The position numbers and the translations under genes were made by a program. Of a stretch of DNA of 64,000 nt, positions 61,597 to 64,000 are shown piece by piece. The stretch's first letter is position 1. Every line of letters starts with the position of its first letter. The notes under the pieces are model-generated. The model searched no databases. It saw nothing but the letters and a program-made list of their open reading frames with translations, and was not told where the DNA came from. Source of the stretch: Dudresnaya verticillata (lineage: Eukaryota); assembly GCA_977862235.1 (NCBI GenBank), contig OZ374559.1:248001-312000 (forward strand), in the 5' to 3' direction.

Positions 61597-62020
61597 AGTA
61601 TCACAATAACTGAGACTCTCCACGGATTGCCGTTAGCGAAGGTTACGAGGGAAGGTTACGAGGGAAGGAGAACATCTCGCTTCTCTTTACGGATTCAGCA
61701 CATTACCTGGATGTGAGTCCCGAAAGTACCCGTATAGTTTGACTGGCCAACAGGAAGCACCGGAGACACTGAGTGGGCTGGTGAAGGTCTTGGAATGGGA
61801 TCTACACAACTTGGAATGGGTTGAGTAGTAAGATATTAAGGTCTGAGCAACCTCCAAGATGCAGATTGAGTGTAATCGCTTGACACGAGCTTTTCAGATT
61901 CTTCAGTCAACAGCACTGATTCCATATTAAGTGCCGTTTTGGCGCCATGGCTTTTCGATTCCTGGAACGTAGACAACGAGATGCACCATTAACGCCTCAG
62001 ACGTACATCGCGACCGAAGT

Positions 62021-62305
62021 ATGAGTCTTGACCCCATGACCATGTTGCGTGAAATTCAGAATCTTCGAACTGAGGTTCGTGACATGAGGGAATTCATTGA
62101 TTACGCACGAGTGTGCCTGGATGCAATTTATAGCGATGTATTCAACCGCGTCGGAAGGGTGGTTGTACAGGTAATGGGGTTTGCAAAGCAGGCCCTAAAC
62201 ATACTACGTTCAATTGAAAGAAAGTTGGGAATTGAACACAGAGAAGAGGTGGACATCGAGTTGAATTCAGATCCGGAATCACATTTTCCTGCCCCTCCAG
62301 TGTGA
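62021..62305 (+). CDS. Small helical/coiled-coil protein, 94 aa, unknown function
   Basis: ATG-started ORF with heptad pattern; aligns without gaps to ORF 62380-62664. Confidence 0.5.
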   Translation: MSLDPMTMLREIQNLRTEVRDMREFIDYARVCLDAIYSDVFNRVGRVVVQVMGFAKQALNILRSIERKLGIEHREEVDIELNSDPESHFPAPPV

Positions 62306-62379
62306 GCACCACTGCACTGCACACCCAAGTGTGCAGTGAGTTGGATGTGCAGTGAGAAGGGGCTGCACGACAAATCAGA

Positions 62380-62664
62380 ATGACGCGTCAAACGATTCAG
62401 AAGCTGACGGGTGAGATTATCGAACTCCGTGTGCAGATTCGACAACTGCAAGTGAGAGTAAACTATCTCGATGAGCAACTTTGGGCGGTTTCACAAGCGG
62501 TGAGGGATATTGTGTATAGTGAAGGCAGGAGAGCTGTGGATGGGCTGAAGAGCATTAGAGGGATAATTAGGGCCTTATTCAGGGTTTTTACGAGAATCTA
62601 CGGACCCGCACAGAACGAACAGAACCTCGCCTCGAATGGGGAGGGAGATCCTGGAAATGTTTAG
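62380..62664 (+). CDS. Small helical/coiled-coil protein, 94 aa, paralog of 62021-62305
   Basis: EIIELRVQIRQLQVRVNYLDEQLWAV vs EIQNLRTEVRDMREFIDYARVCLDAI. Confidence 0.5.
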   Translation: MTRQTIQKLTGEIIELRVQIRQLQVRVNYLDEQLWAVSQAVRDIVYSEGRRAVDGLKSIRGIIRALFRVFTRIYGPAQNEQNLASNGEGDPGNV

Positions 62665-64000
62665 GCATCGGCAATCGTTAGAGCAATCCTGCGTCTCGGG
62701 AGAAACAGCAGTTAGTACTTGTTCTGAAATGTAGACTACGGTCTGAATACTACTTTCGTAGGTTTCAGAAGAAATTTTGGCAAACAGTCTAGCACGACCC
62801 CCATGGAATAAATCAATCTTTAGCTCTTTAGAAAGGGGAGCTGAAATGGAGAAGAGTGGTGAAATCCGTTTTGGGATGGCACCTATACAACGGAAGTTAC
62901 GGCTCTCTACATATGGCGTCTATACAGCGCGAAACTTTCGCGAAAGTTCTGATTTATTTCGAAACATCCTTTAAATTTTATTTCCAAATTTTGCCGTGGC
63001 CCAGCGCCGCTGCCGCCGCGCTCGCCCCGCGGTGTGCTGTGCTGTGTCCCACTAGGTGGCGGTACTCTTGCCAGTCTGGTGCTCGTCAGGCGCAGGCTCT
63101 GCCGCAATTTCGAAGTTACTTAGCTCCGTCAACATTTACTGCGCGCCTCCCACCCCTGAACCGTGTCCCGCCGCGCTCGCGCACTCCCGCGCCCCCTCTC
63201 TTCGTGCCACCAACGCACGCTCTGCGGTCGCAACACAACTGCTTTATCGCGCTTGCTTCGCTGCGACACCTCCGCATTACCCCTTACCCACTATCGTCCT
63301 GCATACTCCTCTCCGCACGCTAGCGTTGCCGCCCCCTGATTTTTCGCTACAACTGCCTCGCTTGGTGCGGGCCTTTGCAACACAACCACCTTGCTACGCG
63401 TCCGCTGCTGCCGCCTTGTATGTCCATTGCCATGCGCGCTGACCCAACACACCTGCAAGGGTACCGCTGCAGCCATATGTGCATGACTCCGCTCGCACGC
63501 CATCGTTTGTGCACAATTGTGCACAATTGTTCGCAGTTGACTACCTATACCAGCCCCCTGCCGCGTTACTCCTGACCCCGTGCAGGCTCGCCATCTCGGC
63601 AGCCGACAGCACGCAGGCAGCATCAGGAAATATTTTCACCACGCGGTCGTTGCCATTAATCGTTGCTGTAGTTGTACGTATAATGCAGATGGCGACGCGG
63701 TCGAGTTCTGTAGCATGCAGTTCCCCCACAAACAATTTTCGCCTCCCCAGCCGCACTGATTAAGTATTATGCTTTCTTCGCAAACTTTGTCCGAACATGC
63801 AGGTTTATGAACCAGGATCGAGGAGTCCAAAATCACAGGCCTGCTGCCTCGGTCGCTACCGCAGCATCAGCACACAGCATATTCATCAGCTCCTCGTGGT
63901 ATTCCATCTCTACCTTCGAACCATATGGTTATCCCATTATACCAAGAAAAAAAGACTTAAGCTTAGCCTGTTGCTTCACATCATTAATATACCGTTAATA

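Overview
Eukaryotic, GC-balanced, intron-poor, transposon-rich DNA. The gene style (intronless genes, animal-type heme peroxidase, chromodomain Gypsy elements) suggests a florideophyte red alga, but this is inference only. The window is organised as a decayed giant palindrome. Two near-identical ~4.5 kb inverted arms (8022-12508 / 52421-56903) each carry an intact, intronless cytosolic RPL3 (uL3) gene plus a truncated copy of a Tudor-domain/coiled-coil gene. Older inverted paralogous segments lie inside the arms (17081-19880 vs 48130-51700). A third, truncated RPL3 is fused to a broken heme peroxidase at the left edge. Both full RPL3 copies have Arg in place of the normally methylated His243, plus other changes at conserved positions. 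The ~40 kb spacer holds a full-length 1010-aa Tudor-domain gene, a multi-level nest of Gypsy elements and solo LTRs (several with readable target-site duplications), LINE fragments, and one intact 654-aa group II PLP-dependent decarboxylase. One Gypsy element carries a ~785-codon antisense cargo ORF of unknown family. The right end has another decayed Gypsy, a solo LTR and a pair of paralogous 94-aa ORFs with ATGA-coupled uORFs and an intervening hairpin. No rRNA, tRNA or CRISPR array was seen.
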